Under the pieces are notes generated by a model that searched no databases, was not told the origin of the DNA, and saw only the letters and a program-made list of their open reading frames with translations. Positions 20,209 to 31,971 of a stretch of DNA of 64,000 bases are shown in pieces. Numbering within the stretch: position 1 is the first letter of the stretch; every line of letters begins with the position of its first letter. The translations under genes and the position numbers were made by a program. Source of the DNA: Ascoidea asiatica JCM 7603 (Eukaryota > Fungi > Ascomycota); NCBI GenBank assembly GCA_001600695.1, contig BCKQ01000004.1, positions 355,583 to 419,582 on the forward strand, in the 5' to 3' direction.

Positions 20209-21861
20209 CTAAAACACAGGCCCATCTGGATTTTTGAATACAGTTTGTCTCCATTCCTTCAATTTATATTTCTTAGTGTATTTCCTCTTATCTTTATTTT
20301 GCAATGATTTTTCTCTATATGGTGCAAATCTTTTTAATCCAATAAATTCATTTAACTGAGTGTCATCGGCAGCAAAAATATCTTTTAATGTTAAACCATA
20401 GGTTTCTGGATCAACCTCTCGGTATTTAAATTTCATTTCTGATGATTTATCATCCTTAGATTCTTCTTCAATTTCATCTAATAGTTTGAGCTTATTTTTT
20501 TCGACAAGTTCTTCTGCAGTTTCTCGAATTTTTTCTTTCTCTTTTTTTATATGTTTCTTTTCTTTCAATTTTTCCTTTTTAGATTTTTTTTTTGGAGGTT
20601 CTTGGAAGTCCTTTACATCTCCGGTGTTCTCAATGTCAATACCTGCATCTTCATTATTTATTTCATCATCTGATTCAAAGGCGTCCATCAAATCTTTGTT
20701 TTTAGAAAGTTCATGGTTGGCTGCTTTTATACCTTCATCATCATTATAAAACTCATCATTGTAGAGCTCACTCATTTTTTTATCCCATTCTTCATTATCA
20801 AAATCTTCTTCTAATAATGAATTTCCAAATACACTTAAAATTTTCTCAGGGTCAACTTTTTCATCGAATTTTTCATTTAAATCTTTAATTCTGTCAACCA
20901 CTAGATTTACTTTACTTTGTTTTTTCTTTTTCAATTTTTTATCTATCTGTTGTTTTTCTTCTTCTTTGATTTTTTGACTCTTTACTCTAAGTTTCTTTCT
21001 CGAGTTTAATTTATTTCTTCTTACGGTTAATTGATTTCTCGAATAACTGATAATCTCAGCTGCTGTCGGATCTTCATATCGGAAATTATAAGCTTGTTCA
21101 AACTCTTCAGCTTTATTATCGAATTCATCATCATCTTCAATAGAATCAACCACTTTTTCTTTTTTAATAGGAATCCATGCGTGTTGATTTAAATACTCTT
21201 CTAAAAATTGGGTTTGATCTTTCTCTGGATCTGGCAATTTATAAGATAAGTCTTCTTTATGAGAGCTTTTCTCTTTTTTTATAAGAAAGTCATCATCATT
21301 ATCATCATCGTTTTCACTATCGCCACCAGCTTTAAATGCTTTATTTATATTGCTCAATAAATTTTCTTTTTCTTCTTTTTGCTCCTCAACAAATGTTTTT
21401 TTACCGTCGATTGATTTAAACTGATCTTCGCCTTCACCGTCACTGGTTGGCGCACCAGTTAGATAATTCATTCTATGATAATCCTTTAAATAAATAGGCT
21501 TATCTTTTTTACGATCTCCTTTGTCACTTGGAGTTTCATCCTCATTGAAAAATTTGACTTTAGAGTCGAATAATATTTTATCTCCAGATTTAATTGCATT
21601 TAGCACATTATTAATGCCTGATTCCATTCCTTCTGTCAACAACTCACCGTATTCATCCTCTTCCTCTTCTTCAGAACTAGACTGATCCTCATCTGAATCA
21701 AATTCATCAGTAGATTCTCTTCTTTCTTTTGAAATTTTTTTTTCTTCGGTAGGCTTTACAGATTGGTCTGGTTGAGTAGCGTTTTTGCCTTGGCTTTCTA
21801 ATAGTAGATTTTTTGCCTTAGCCTCTCTGGCTTTTTTTGTACTTGATTTCTTTCTAGCCAT
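20209..21861 (-). CDS. KRI1: 40S biogenesis factor Kri1
   Basis: KPIYLKDYHR, AEEFEQAYNFRYEDP, FKYREV.PE.YGL and ADDTQLNEFIGLKRFAPYR; ATG at 21861 (track start is TTG). Confidence 0.93.
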   Translation of the reverse strand: MARKKSSTKKAREAKAKNLLLESQGKNATQPDQSVKPTEEKKISKERRESTDEFDSDEDQSSSEEEEEDEYGELLTEGMESGINNVLNAIKSGDKILFDSKVKFFNEDETPSDKGDRKKDKPIYLKDYHRMNYLTGAPTSDGEGEDQFKSIDGKKTFVEEQKEEKENLLSNINKAFKAGGDSENDDDNDDDFLIKKEKSSHKEDLSYKLPDPEKDQTQFLEEYLNQHAWIPIKKEKVVDSIEDDDEFDNKAEEFEQAYNFRYEDPTAAEIISYSRNQLTVRRNKLNSRKKLRVKSQKIKEEEKQQIDKKLKKKKQSKVNLVVDRIKDLNEKFDEKVDPEKILSVFGNSLLEEDFDNEEWDKKMSELYNDEFYNDDEGIKAANHELSKNKDLMDAFESDDEINNEDAGIDIENTGDVKDFQEPPKKKSKKEKLKEKKHIKKEKEKIRETAEELVEKNKLKLLDEIEEESKDDKSSEMKFKYREVDPETYGLTLKDIFAADDTQLNEFIGLKRFAPYREKSLQNKDKRKYTKKYKLKEWRQTVFKNPDGPVF

Positions 21862-22328
21862 GATCAAACTCTATAATTAAATATTAAAAATTCTATGAAC
21901 TGTTACTAAATTTAAAAAAGATAAATAAAAACAGGAAAAAAATCCGATTAATTTAAATTGTAAGTAATTTTGCCAAAGCAATATTGTTTTTTAAATTTTT
22001 TTTATTTAAAGTTTTGCGGGTATGAAATTTCTCAGTGCGCAAAAACAAAAGGCGCAAAAAAATATAATGGTTCCACCATAGTGGTTTCACCACAAAAATT
22101 CCAGAAAAAAAAGTTTAAGTGCAATAATTCCAAGTATCTATTCAGGAAATTTTTAAGAAATTTATTAATTTTAAAAAAATTTATTGATTTTGAAGAAATT
22201 TGATAATTTTAAAAAAATAATTTATTAATTTCGGGATCGATAATAATCAATCTATAATACGTATATATTTTATGTATAGGAAAACCTAACCAAAATTCAC
22301 TGCTCTTAGTAATGCTAAATTATCTTCA

Positions 22329-25300
22329 TCAATTGAACAGAACAACATTTACATTAACTTCTTTTCTATTTTGTAGCATGCTAATCACTTTATTAGAAGG
22401 TAAATTATTTTTGCTTCCTAATATATTCTCATTAGTAGAACCATAAGAAAGCATTCTTTGCTTATCACTCTTAATCATTTCCACGTCCGATCTAAGAGAT
22501 CTAATTTCATTTAGTTTGATTTGAACATCAGCTGAAATTTGATGAATTAAAGAGATCATTTTTTCTAAACCAATTTTACTTTCAAAATTACTCAAAGGAC
22601 TTATACCACAATTCAATTTTAAATCAATCATTGCATTTTCAACATCTTTTAAAAGCTGTTCATTTCTGAAGTACTTACCTCGTAATTTTTTTTGAATCAT
22701 TTCCTGACTAGGATTTAAAGTCTCATTTTTTTTTAACGAATCACTAGTTTTAACAAAATTATTTAAAAGCTTGATCTTTTTGTCAAAATTTATCATTTCA
22801 GCTTTCAATTTTTCAATATCATTGACTTCCTTTTTGAATTTTAATACAACTTCAGAAACTTTTTTTCTTTTATTTTCAATTATATTCGCCAATGTAGTCG
22901 ATTCTGAAAGTCTCCATTGATTGATTGCACCTAGAGAAACCTCCGTATGAGCAAACTGAACCATTTTTTGGTCTTTTATAAAGGAATTGAAATTGTTACA
23001 ATTTTTTTCTAGATTGATTATCTCAGCTTCTAAATTATAATAAATCTCTTGTAGATTTGCTGCAGAAATATTATTATTCACGATCTTAGGATATATAACT
23101 TTAGAAACTTCTAAATGTGGAGCCAATTTTTGAGGGACAAAAAAAGATCCTTGATAAATTTCATCGTTTTCAAACGCCTCTATCCCTTCATCTTTCATTA
23201 TGATTTTGTTTGTTTGAATGGATTTACTATCATAAGGTACTTTATCTGTCTGTATTTTTAAATCACTATTATAAATGTTATTATACGTTTGAACAGAAGA
23301 ATCTATGTAACCCGATGAATCTGAAGTTTGATTAGCAGAATCAACAAAAGTATTCAAACCTTTTTCTTTGATGATCATACCCTCGGGAGCACTATCTGAA
23401 ACTGAACTTTTATTTTTTGCCAAAGGATGATATTCATCAAAACTGTTCTTTGAATTGTCAATAGTTGAATCGTTAAATGTATTATTTTCCAAAGTAATGT
23501 TTTCATCTTCTCCTAATTCTGTTATCTTGTTATGCATGGAAGTAATATTTTCATGAGTATCAATATTAAGGAAAGAAAGTCTGTCTTTCATTTTTTCCTC
23601 AGCTACTTCTAAGCTTGTTGGTTTCTTACTAGTTGTAATAAACTGTTTAAGACGAAAACTATCAAGTCCTTTTAAATCTGAATCTTTCTCTGTATCACTT
23701 ATAAGGAAGGTGGAAGGACTGGATTCATTTTCACTAACTGATGATAACGAATTTTTGAAGCCATTGGAAGAATCTTTACCATTGATACTATCATCAGAAT
23801 TGTTGACATCTTCTTCTACATCCCCTTCTTCTTCTTCTTCATCATCATCATCATCCTCATCATCATCATCATCATCATCATCTGAATTGACTTGATAGTT
23901 TTCTTCATCATTAGACTCATCATCATGTATATTAGAAAAATCAGTGAGACGCGGCTTTGATGATTGATAATTTGAAAAGTCAAAGGAATTCTTTGAAGAC
24001 GAGTTACTGAAAACATTATCGGATTTATCATTAGATTTCAATGAACTTGAATAACTATTTTGTGAAATTTTGGGAAAGCTGAGTGGAATCCCTTTGGAGT
24101 TTTTTAAAAACCCATTTTCGGAAACTATGCTGCGATTTGTAGAAAAAGGACTACCTTGACTACCGTTTATACTAGGAACTTCGGAAGCATAAGAGGCAAA
24201 TCCTCTTTTAGAAGAACTGAAAAAAGATGAAGGATTTTTTCCATTCAAATCTGGTGAATTTTTTTTGGACCCGAAAGATTTTTCCTCGAATTGCTGTGAA
24301 TTATTAGTTCTTCCAAATGGAGATTGCCCGAAATTAGGAGATTCTAGAACTTTAGGGGTTGATGCCCCAGAGCTATCGGGACTTAAACCAAGCTTTCCAA
24401 ACCCTAAGGTATTATCAAAATCATTTAGTTTTTCAAGTTTTCCAAAAGTTGGTTGACCAAATGTTATTTTACTAGAACCAAAAGCACTCTTTCCAAAAGA
24501 AAAGTTGTTCTCATTCGGGGAAGATTGTTTAGATTTTTCTGAGTTTGATTCTAAAGGTATAGATATATTTGAACCGGATGAAAGTTTACTAAATGGAGAG
24601 GGCTCATCAACAGGCTTTTTGAAAATTCCAAAATTTGCCTGACCAAAAGCTAATTTATTTGAGCCAAATGTTGACTGTCCAAAAGGAGATGCGATATTTT
24701 TATTCAAGTCAAACTGATTGGAATTTTTGAGGGTTGACTGAACAAATGCTGATTGTGCAAATGCTGGTTTACTCGAACTAAATGAAGATTTTCCAAATGG
24801 GGATTCATTATTTTTATTCAAGTTCAATTGGTCAGACTTTTCAACCGTCGATTGACCGAAAGTTGATTTATTGGATCCAAAAGGAGACTTTCCAAAAATT
24901 GATTGGCTATTATCATCTCCATCTGCAGAAGATATCTTTCCAAAATTTCCTTTGCCAAATATAGATTTCGCAGAACCAAAAGGACCATCTTTTAAAGCAA
25001 ATGGATTAACTGGCTTTTCAGGCCCTGAAATTTTAGGAGAATTCCATTCACTTTTAAATTTTGGCGTTATTGAATAATTATTATTGAGCTTTAAGCCACT
25101 TTTTTCTGATTGCTCTTCTTTGATGCCATTGACATTCTTAATAAATGAAGATTGTTTAGGCTCGATTTTCTTGGCATTTTGTGCAGCTAACTGTAAAAGT
25201 TCCATTGATTTTCCCAAATCATAATCTTTTGATTTGATAGCATCAACAATAAAAAATGTATAAAAAGTTAAAAATCCATTATTTGTGAGTAAAACCAAAT

Positions 25301-26504
25301 TAGGCAATAACCCACAATCTCCTTCCAAATATTTTGAAACATTAATTGAAGTATCAACTGGATTTAAATCAATCGCTAAACCCAAAGTTGATAATTCATC
25401 TTCATCATCCAAAGGAACAGAGCATCTCTCATAATCATTTTCCGGAATTATCATACTACTATTATTCAAAATACTTATATCACTAGATACAGATGAAGAG
25501 AAAAAAATTAAATTATTATATTTTGAAGTATAATTTAGTAAGGAAGTTGAATAATAATAACCAAAACGTGGGAGATCACAATACATACAAAGATCATCTA
25601 ACTTATCACTCATTGAATTGTCATTCAAATTAATTAAAAAGGGCGCATATCTACCAACATCATCATCTGCATTAGAATCATCATCTGGTGAAGAGGAAGT
25701 ATCGTAAACTGCTAATAAGCTTTCAGAGTTTATTGATTGAACAGATATTGGAAAGTAATTTTCAGGGATAATCTCTCTTGAAGGTCTTTTTATACTTGAG
25801 ATAATTTCAAATTCATTGAAAGATTGTATTTTCAATTTGAAAATTTGGCCAGTTTTCAAAGAATAATATAGAAAATTTGAGTTTTTGAACTCTAAAATTG
25901 TTTGCCAAGTAAAACATGATACATTATCTGAAATAATATTAGAATTTTTAGTATTGATATCCAATAGATATAATTTGTTATTGCTTGTTAATACGGAAAG
26001 AATATTTATATTAAATGGATTGATTTTGAAATCTATTATTGAAATATTATTATTATCCAAAATGCTGAATATACAATTGTTATTATTTGAAATTATATCA
26101 ACATTTGAAATATCAATAGAATAAATTGAATTTTTGATAATATAGTACAATGTTTTTTCATCTATTGAAAATTTTATATGAGATATATTGGAAATATTAT
26201 ATGTATTAGTTCCTTGAAAAACATATTTTTCATCATTTTCATCTTCGTCAGAATCATCATCTTGATTTTCATTAGAATCTGATCCTTTTGTAGATTTTAT
26301 GGATTTATTATACAAATTATCAATTGAATCAATAATTAACTGGGAGGTATTAGCGACTGCAAAAACTTTTGACAAATTACCCCAAGCTAATAGATTTAAA
26401 TATTTTGTTTCAATTAATTCATCTTCAGTAATAGAATCAGAAAATACTTTAAAAGATTTTTCATTCTTTTTGAACCCAATTTTATCAGTGAGAGTTATTT
26501 CCAT
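22329..26504 (-). CDS. NUP159: FG-nucleoporin Nup159
   Basis: N-terminal beta-propeller-like domain, SPFG/xFG repeats, acidic tract, QT (Dyn2-binding) repeats, QWRL motif and C-terminal coiled coil. Confidence 0.85.
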   Translation of the reverse strand: MEITLTDKIGFKKNEKSFKVFSDSITEDELIETKYLNLLAWGNLSKVFAVANTSQLIIDSIDNLYNKSIKSTKGSDSNENQDDDSDEDENDEKYVFQGTNTYNISNISHIKFSIDEKTLYYIIKNSIYSIDISNVDIISNNNNCIFSILDNNNISIIDFKINPFNINILSVLTSNNKLYLLDINTKNSNIISDNVSCFTWQTILEFKNSNFLYYSLKTGQIFKLKIQSFNEFEIISSIKRPSREIIPENYFPISVQSINSESLLAVYDTSSSPDDDSNADDDVGRYAPFLINLNDNSMSDKLDDLCMYCDLPRFGYYYSTSLLNYTSKYNNLIFFSSSVSSDISILNNSSMIIPENDYERCSVPLDDEDELSTLGLAIDLNPVDTSINVSKYLEGDCGLLPNLVLLTNNGFLTFYTFFIVDAIKSKDYDLGKSMELLQLAAQNAKKIEPKQSSFIKNVNGIKEEQSEKSGLKLNNNYSITPKFKSEWNSPKISGPEKPVNPFALKDGPFGSAKSIFGKGNFGKISSADGDDNSQSIFGKSPFGSNKSTFGQSTVEKSDQLNLNKNNESPFGKSSFSSSKPAFAQSAFVQSTLKNSNQFDLNKNIASPFGQSTFGSNKLAFGQANFGIFKKPVDEPSPFSKLSSGSNISIPLESNSEKSKQSSPNENNFSFGKSAFGSSKITFGQPTFGKLEKLNDFDNTLGFGKLGLSPDSSGASTPKVLESPNFGQSPFGRTNNSQQFEEKSFGSKKNSPDLNGKNPSSFFSSSKRGFASYASEVPSINGSQGSPFSTNRSIVSENGFLKNSKGIPLSFPKISQNSYSSSLKSNDKSDNVFSNSSSKNSFDFSNYQSSKPRLTDFSNIHDDESNDEENYQVNSDDDDDDDDEDDDDDEEEEEGDVEEDVNNSDDSINGKDSSNGFKNSLSSVSENESSPSTFLISDTEKDSDLKGLDSFRLKQFITTSKKPTSLEVAEEKMKDRLSFLNIDTHENITSMHNKITELGEDENITLENNTFNDSTIDNSKNSFDEYHPLAKNKSSVSDSAPEGMIIKEKGLNTFVDSANQTSDSSGYIDSSVQTYNNIYNSDLKIQTDKVPYDSKSIQTNKIIMKDEGIEAFENDEIYQGSFFVPQKLAPHLEVSKVIYPKIVNNNISAANLQEIYYNLEAEIINLEKNCNNFNSFIKDQKMVQFAHTEVSLGAINQWRLSESTTLANIIENKRKKVSEVVLKFKKEVNDIEKLKAEMINFDKKIKLLNNFVKTSDSLKKNETLNPSQEMIQKKLRGKYFRNEQLLKDVENAMIDLKLNCGISPLSNFESKIGLEKMISLIHQISADVQIKLNEIRSLRSDVEMIKSDKQRMLSYGSTNENILGSKNNLPSNKVISMLQNRKEVNVNVVLFN

Positions 26505-26672
26505 TTTTAAATACTTATTGAAGATTGAGTAGAGATAGAATTAATTATTTCAATATATAATATTTTTCATAAAATCTAAGTTCTTTAATCCAAATCAAAA
26601 CAAATACAAACCTTTTCTGTAATTTTATTTTAGCTTCTCACGTTCAATTAAAAATTCACTGACAAAAACATA

Positions 26673-26680
26673 CACGTGAC
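26673..26680 (+). promoter_or_regulatory. Cbf1/bHLH site CACGTGAC in the NUP159/RIX7 divergent promoter
   Basis: Exact CACGTGAC; CACGTG also occurs at about 1436, 60443, 63023 and 63116, all intergenic. Confidence 0.55.
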
Positions 26681-26929
26681 CTTTTTTGGACTTCTCCGGC
26701 TATTGTGAAATATTATCTTTGGAACCGCAAAACTGGTACAATCACAAGCTGAAAATTAATAAAAAAATAGTGAAAGAAAGCTAACTGTAAACACTTGAGA
26801 GAAATATTGAAAAATTAGTTTGCTTAAAGATTTAGGAAGTGAAACTATTTCAGAAATTGGATGAAAAGTATTAGAAAAGAAAAGGAAAAAAAGCAGAATA
26901 TAGATATATATTAGAAAACAAGTTAAAAA

Positions 26930-29580
26930 ATGGCGAAACCTAAGGGGGGTAATACCAAAAAGTATAGTTTGGTTCAGTCTTTGGATAATAAAATGGCTAG
27001 AATAGTTGATGAATTTATTTCAGAAAATCCAAGCCGAAAAATTAGTGAATTGTCTGTAGTAGAAATTATCAGAGTTGCACAATCTAAAGACTTATCATTA
27101 TTAAGAGTAAAAAAAGTTTTGTTGGAAAGGGCGGCTCAACAAGCAATAATTCTACTTAAGATTGATTTAGAAGCCCAAAAAAATGAAGAAGGTACTATTT
27201 CTGATAGTGGGGATAGTATAATGGAGATTGAAAGTAGAAATGATTTGGTAGAAGTTGAAGATCAGAATGCAATGAATAAAAGTGTTACAAGTCTATGGAA
27301 TTTAAATGCTTCTAAATCCAAAAATGGGTCTAATGTAACTTCCTCTGTCACTCAATCTCCAAAAAAAAAACTTGAAATTAATGAAGATAGAGACATTAAA
27401 CAGGTAAAAGAAATCAAAGTGCTCAAGGATAAGTCTAGAAAACGAACAAAAGAATCGAGCACATGGGAACAAAATAAACGTCAAAAAGGTATGTTATTTT
27501 TTTATTTATATTTTTGTTCAATATTTTTTAATAAGAAGATCAAATAATTTTTTTTTGCTTTTAATGTTTTTTAATAAATTCTAACAATTTAGTGAATATA
27601 GACAAAGATAGAACTCCACCAAATACATCTTTGGCAGAATTAGGTGGTATGGATAATATTATTGAAGAATTATGGGAAATAATAGGAACTCCAATTTTAC
27701 ATCCAGAAGTTTATCTATCCTTGGGTGTTGAACCACCTAGAGGGGTACTTTTACATGGACCACCCGGTTGTGGTAAAACCACAATTGCAAATTGTTTGGC
27801 AGGAGATTTAAAAGTTCCTTTTTTACCTATTTCTGCCCCTTCTGTTGTCAGTGGTATGTCTGGTGAAAGTGAAAAAAAAATTAGAGAAATTTTTGATGAA
27901 GCAAAATCTTTAGCGCCTTCAATAATTTTTCTTGATGAAATAGATTCTATAACACCAAAAAGAGATGGTTCACAAAGAGAAATGGAAAAAAGAATTGTTG
28001 CTCAGTTATTAACATGTATGGATGAATTATCAATAAAGAATACAAAGGGGAAACCAGTAATTGTCATTGCAGCAACTAATAGACCCGATTCCATAGATCC
28101 TGCACTTAGAAGAGCTGGAAGATTTGATAGAGAAATTTGTTTAAATGTTCCAACAGAAGAATCTCGAGCTCTTATTTTAAAATCATTAACGAAATCATTA
28201 AAAATTTCAGGTAAGCTTGATTTTAAAAGATTAGCAAAAATGACACCAGGTTATGTAGGGGCTGATTTAAAAGCATTGGCTACTGCAGCAGGTTTGGTTG
28301 CAATTAAAAGAATTTTTTCTGAATTGAAAACAAATTTAAATTCAACTTCACCAGATGTTTCAATAACTAGTATTAAAAAGGTGAATCAAAATATACAGGA
28401 AATTAAAGAAACAGAAAAAATCAATGATATTAAAGAAATTAAAGAGGATATTCAGGATATGGATATTGATTCTGAAGATAAACAACAAAATAATAATAAA
28501 ATTGATGAAACGATCGAAACAACTGAAATTGAATCATTTAAACCTCAAAGTGAAAAAAATACAGATCAAAACTTTTTACTTGATATGCCCAAAAAATTAA
28601 CTGAAGAACAGTTAAAACCATTATGTATTGAATTTAATGATTTTTTAATAGCTCTTCCTTCAGTTCAACCAACTGCAAAAAGAGAAGGCTTTGCCACAGT
28701 TCCAGATGTTTCATGGAAAAATGTTGGAGCATTGAAAGAAGTTCGTTTAGAATTACATATGACAATTGTTGAGCCAATTAAAAATCCTTCATTATATAAA
28801 AAGGTTGGAATTACTGTTCCTGGAGGTGTGCTATTATGGGGACCACCTGGGTGTGGTAAAACCTTATTAGCTAAAGCTGTTGCAAATGAATCTCAAGCAA
28901 ATTTCATTTCAATAAAGGGACCTGAATTATTGAATAAATATGTAGGAGAATCAGAAAAAGCAGTTAGACAAGTTTTTACTAGAGCAAGAGCATCTGTTCC
29001 ATGTATAATTTTTTTCGATGAATTAGATGCATTAATACCAAAAAGAGATACTACTCTTTCAGAATCTTCTTCTAGAGTAGTTAATACATTATTAACTGAG
29101 TTAGATGGTTTAAATGATAGAAAGGGTATATTTGTTATTGGTGCTACAAACAGACCAGATATGATTGATTCGGCAATGCTTAGACCAGGAAGATTAGATA
29201 AAACACTTTATGTTGATCTTCCAAATGTTAAAGAAAGATTAGAGATATTAAAAGCACTTATACGAACGCATAAAACACCTTTATCTGAAGATGTTAATCT
29301 AGAAAATATTTCCAAAGATGAAAGATGCAAAAATTTCTCTGGTGCCGATATTGCAGCTTTAGTTAGAGAATCAGGTATAGTTGCATTGAAAAAAAGATTT
29401 TATTCCAATATTGTGGAAGATAGTGAGAACAATATTGAAATAAACACAGAAGTTCAAGAAAACGAAGTAATTGAGGTTACTGCAGAAGATTTTGAAGCAG
29501 CTTTATCCACTATCAAACCTTCAGTTAGTGATATTGATCGAGCTGGATATATAAGCTTGAAAAAAACCATAAACCATTAA
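26930..29580 (+). CDS. RIX7: AAA ATPase Rix7 (60S biogenesis); exons 26930-27488 and 27593-29580
   Basis: Two AAA modules (GPPGCGKT twice; IIFLDEID and IIFFDELD; SRH). Track ORFs 26930-27547 and 27592-29580 are joined in frame by intron 27489-27592. Confidence 0.93.
27489..27592 (+). other. Spliceosomal intron (104 nt) in RIX7
   Basis: GTATGT donor at 27489, TTCTAAC branch at 27579-27585, TAG acceptor at 27590-27592; join G|TG gives Val in frame. Confidence 0.88.
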
Positions 29581-29682
29581 AATCGAAAAAATAAAGCTGT
29601 ATGAATTCCATTCAATTCAACATTTTTCGAATAAGTATTTCTAATCAGTCACTTTGTAGTTACTTTGGCATACTAAATATCA

Positions 29683-29804
29683 TGAGTCTTTTTTATGTAA
29701 TGTTATCTTCTTTTCAATCTTCATATTCATATTCACTACAGTAAATCTAAGATAGTAACAGAGTCAGTCATCCTGTGCGCTGATTGGGTACCGGGTTTGA
29801 CTCA
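29683..29804. promoter_or_regulatory. Gcn4/Bas1-type sites upstream of HIS5
   Basis: TGAGTC at 29683, GAGTCA at 29761 and perfect TGACTCA at 29798-29804; TATA-like TATATAAA near 29895. Confidence 0.7.
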
Positions 29805-29977
29805 TCGATCGGCTGCACCTTAAGTTTGAACAGAGAGAGCGAAAGCGAAATGTTAACAAAAAGCATTATTCTCGAGATTAGTTGTTTAGAGAGTATATAA
29901 ATATTGAATTTTATATCTATTTTTCATGATTGGTAAATGCTTTCAGTAGATCGTAAAGTGATTTAATACTGATAAGA

Positions 29978-31213
29978 ATGGCAAGTTTTGATTTGAAAAC
30001 TTTGGTAAGACCAAATATATATTCTCTTGAGCCATATCGTTGTGCGAGAGATGATTTTACTGAAGGAATTTTACTAGATGCTAATGAAAATTCATTGGGT
30101 CCATCTTTTGAATCTATTGAGAAACTTTCTGCAGAATTCTCCAAAGCTGGTTTAGGAATTGATATAAATGATTTAAATAGATATCCTGATCCTCATCAAA
30201 TTACTTTAAAAGCAAAACTTTGTCAATTTAGAAATCAAGAAAGTTTAAGTCCTTCTGCAACATTAAAGTTAAAAACAGATGAATTTGATTCTCTAAAATT
30301 AACTCCAGATAATTTGTGCTTTGGTGTTGGCTCCGATGAATCCATTGATGCTTTAATAAGAACAATATGTGCACCTGGTAAAGATAAATTACTTACTTGT
30401 CCTCCTACATATGGAATGTATCATATTTGTGCACAAATAAATGATGTAGAAATTGTTAAAGTTCCATTAGATTTTGAAACTTTTCAAATTCAACCAGAAC
30501 TAATAATTGAACAATTGTCAAAAGATAAATCTATTAAAATGGTTTATATAACTTCTCCAGGTAATCCAACTGCAAAATTGATTGATTTTAATCTAATAAA
30601 AATATTATTAGAATATGATAATTGGAATGGTTTAATAGTTGTTGATGAAGCTTATGTTGATTTTTCAAAAATTGGTTCTTCTGCTTCTGTATTAGTTAAT
30701 AAATATCCTAATTTGGTTGTTTTACAAACTTTATCCAAATCTTTTGGATTAGCTGCAATAAGATTAGGTACTACCTTTTCTTCAAAAGAATTATCAAGAG
30801 TTTTAAATGCATTAAAAGCCCCTTATAACATATCTTCGTTAACATCTGCATTAGCAAATAAAGCATTAACACCTAAAAATATAAAATTAATGAGATATCA
30901 TTCAGATATTTTAGAAAAACAAAAACATTTTGTAATAAGAGAATTGAAACTTATTAAGGGTGTTGGAAATTTTATCGGAGGTCTTGATTCAAATTTTATT
31001 TTGGTTCAAATTAACGACAAAAATGGAAACCCATCTTCGCCGATTGCAAAAAAAGTATATGAAACTCTTGCAATTGATAATAAAGTTGTTGTTAGATTTA
31101 GAGGTTCAGAACCCGGTTGTGAAGGTGCTTTAAGGATTACAATTGGAACTGAAGAAGAAAATAAAATTTTACTTTCCAAATTTAAAAAAGTTATTACTGA
31201 AGTTTTAAACTAG
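29978..31213 (+). CDS. HIS5: Histidinol-phosphate aminotransferase
   Basis: VRPNI..LEPYRCARDDF, LLDANEN, GVGSDESID, SPGNPT, VDEAYVDF and the PLP lysine motif TLSKSFGLA.IRLG. Confidence 0.96.
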   Translation: MASFDLKTLVRPNIYSLEPYRCARDDFTEGILLDANENSLGPSFESIEKLSAEFSKAGLGIDINDLNRYPDPHQITLKAKLCQFRNQESLSPSATLKLKTDEFDSLKLTPDNLCFGVGSDESIDALIRTICAPGKDKLLTCPPTYGMYHICAQINDVEIVKVPLDFETFQIQPELIIEQLSKDKSIKMVYITSPGNPTAKLIDFNLIKILLEYDNWNGLIVVDEAYVDFSKIGSSASVLVNKYPNLVVLQTLSKSFGLAAIRLGTTFSSKELSRVLNALKAPYNISSLTSALANKALTPKNIKLMRYHSDILEKQKHFVIRELKLIKGVGNFIGGLDSNFILVQINDKNGNPSSPIAKKVYETLAIDNKVVVRFRGSEPGCEGALRITIGTEEENKILLSKFKKVITEVLN

Positions 31214-31971
31214 GAGATCATACCCTCTTATTTTTAAGCCTGCCTCTTTTTTTTTATATACTTTTTTACATAGAAATTAAATTACTATTCGTTTATCTCT
31301 AAATTTTCAAAAACCATTTATTATCTTCACTCTAAAGTAAATTAAAAAAAATAAACTATAAACACCCATCACCATAACATAGCATAGCTAATACTTCAAA
31401 ATTCTTTAATTTTGTGTTATTTTATCCATATTTATACTGAAACCAATTACATCAATTGGTTAATCTAACAATAAAATATTATCCAGCAAAAGACATTAGA
31501 ATAATTCTGATTTCTCTTAAGTTTTATTATCTTAACTATTGATCAAGAGGGTCCTCTCACCGCCCACCAAAAAAAATCTCAATGAAATGAATTGTACCGT
31601 GTTTACACTTTGTACATACGTAACGTTAACACCAACAATTTTCAGCAGCAGGTTAAAAAACTTATTGATGTGAATAGTTTTTGGGAACAACAAAATATCA
31701 ATTACTCAATTTCATTTCTCGTTTTAGTTGAAATATTAAAGAAGAAAAAAAAAATATCAATAACTTTCTCAATAACTTTATGAATAGTTTTTGCAGTTTA
31801 GTTTCTTAAATATTGCAATAATAATTCTCTCCTTTTCATTTTCATTCCTTTATTATATCTATAAGTAATATTAAAAGACTAGTTTAAATCACTTAGTTTT
31901 TCAAAAATCTCATAATTTTCATTCTTTAAGTTTTCAGAGACCTAATTCTAATTTGAATAAAAGAAAGAAAA

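Noticed and set aside
23816-24031. Short ORFs with poly-Met, poly-Ser, poly-Tyr or poly-Ile (also 23710, 48378, 48607, 58199, 58307, 58850)
   Set aside because: Alternative-frame or antisense readings of GAT/AAT/CAA triplet repeats inside real genes.
26930-27547. Apparent separate 205-aa gene upstream of the AAA ATPase
   Set aside because: It is RIX7 exon 1 read into the intron.
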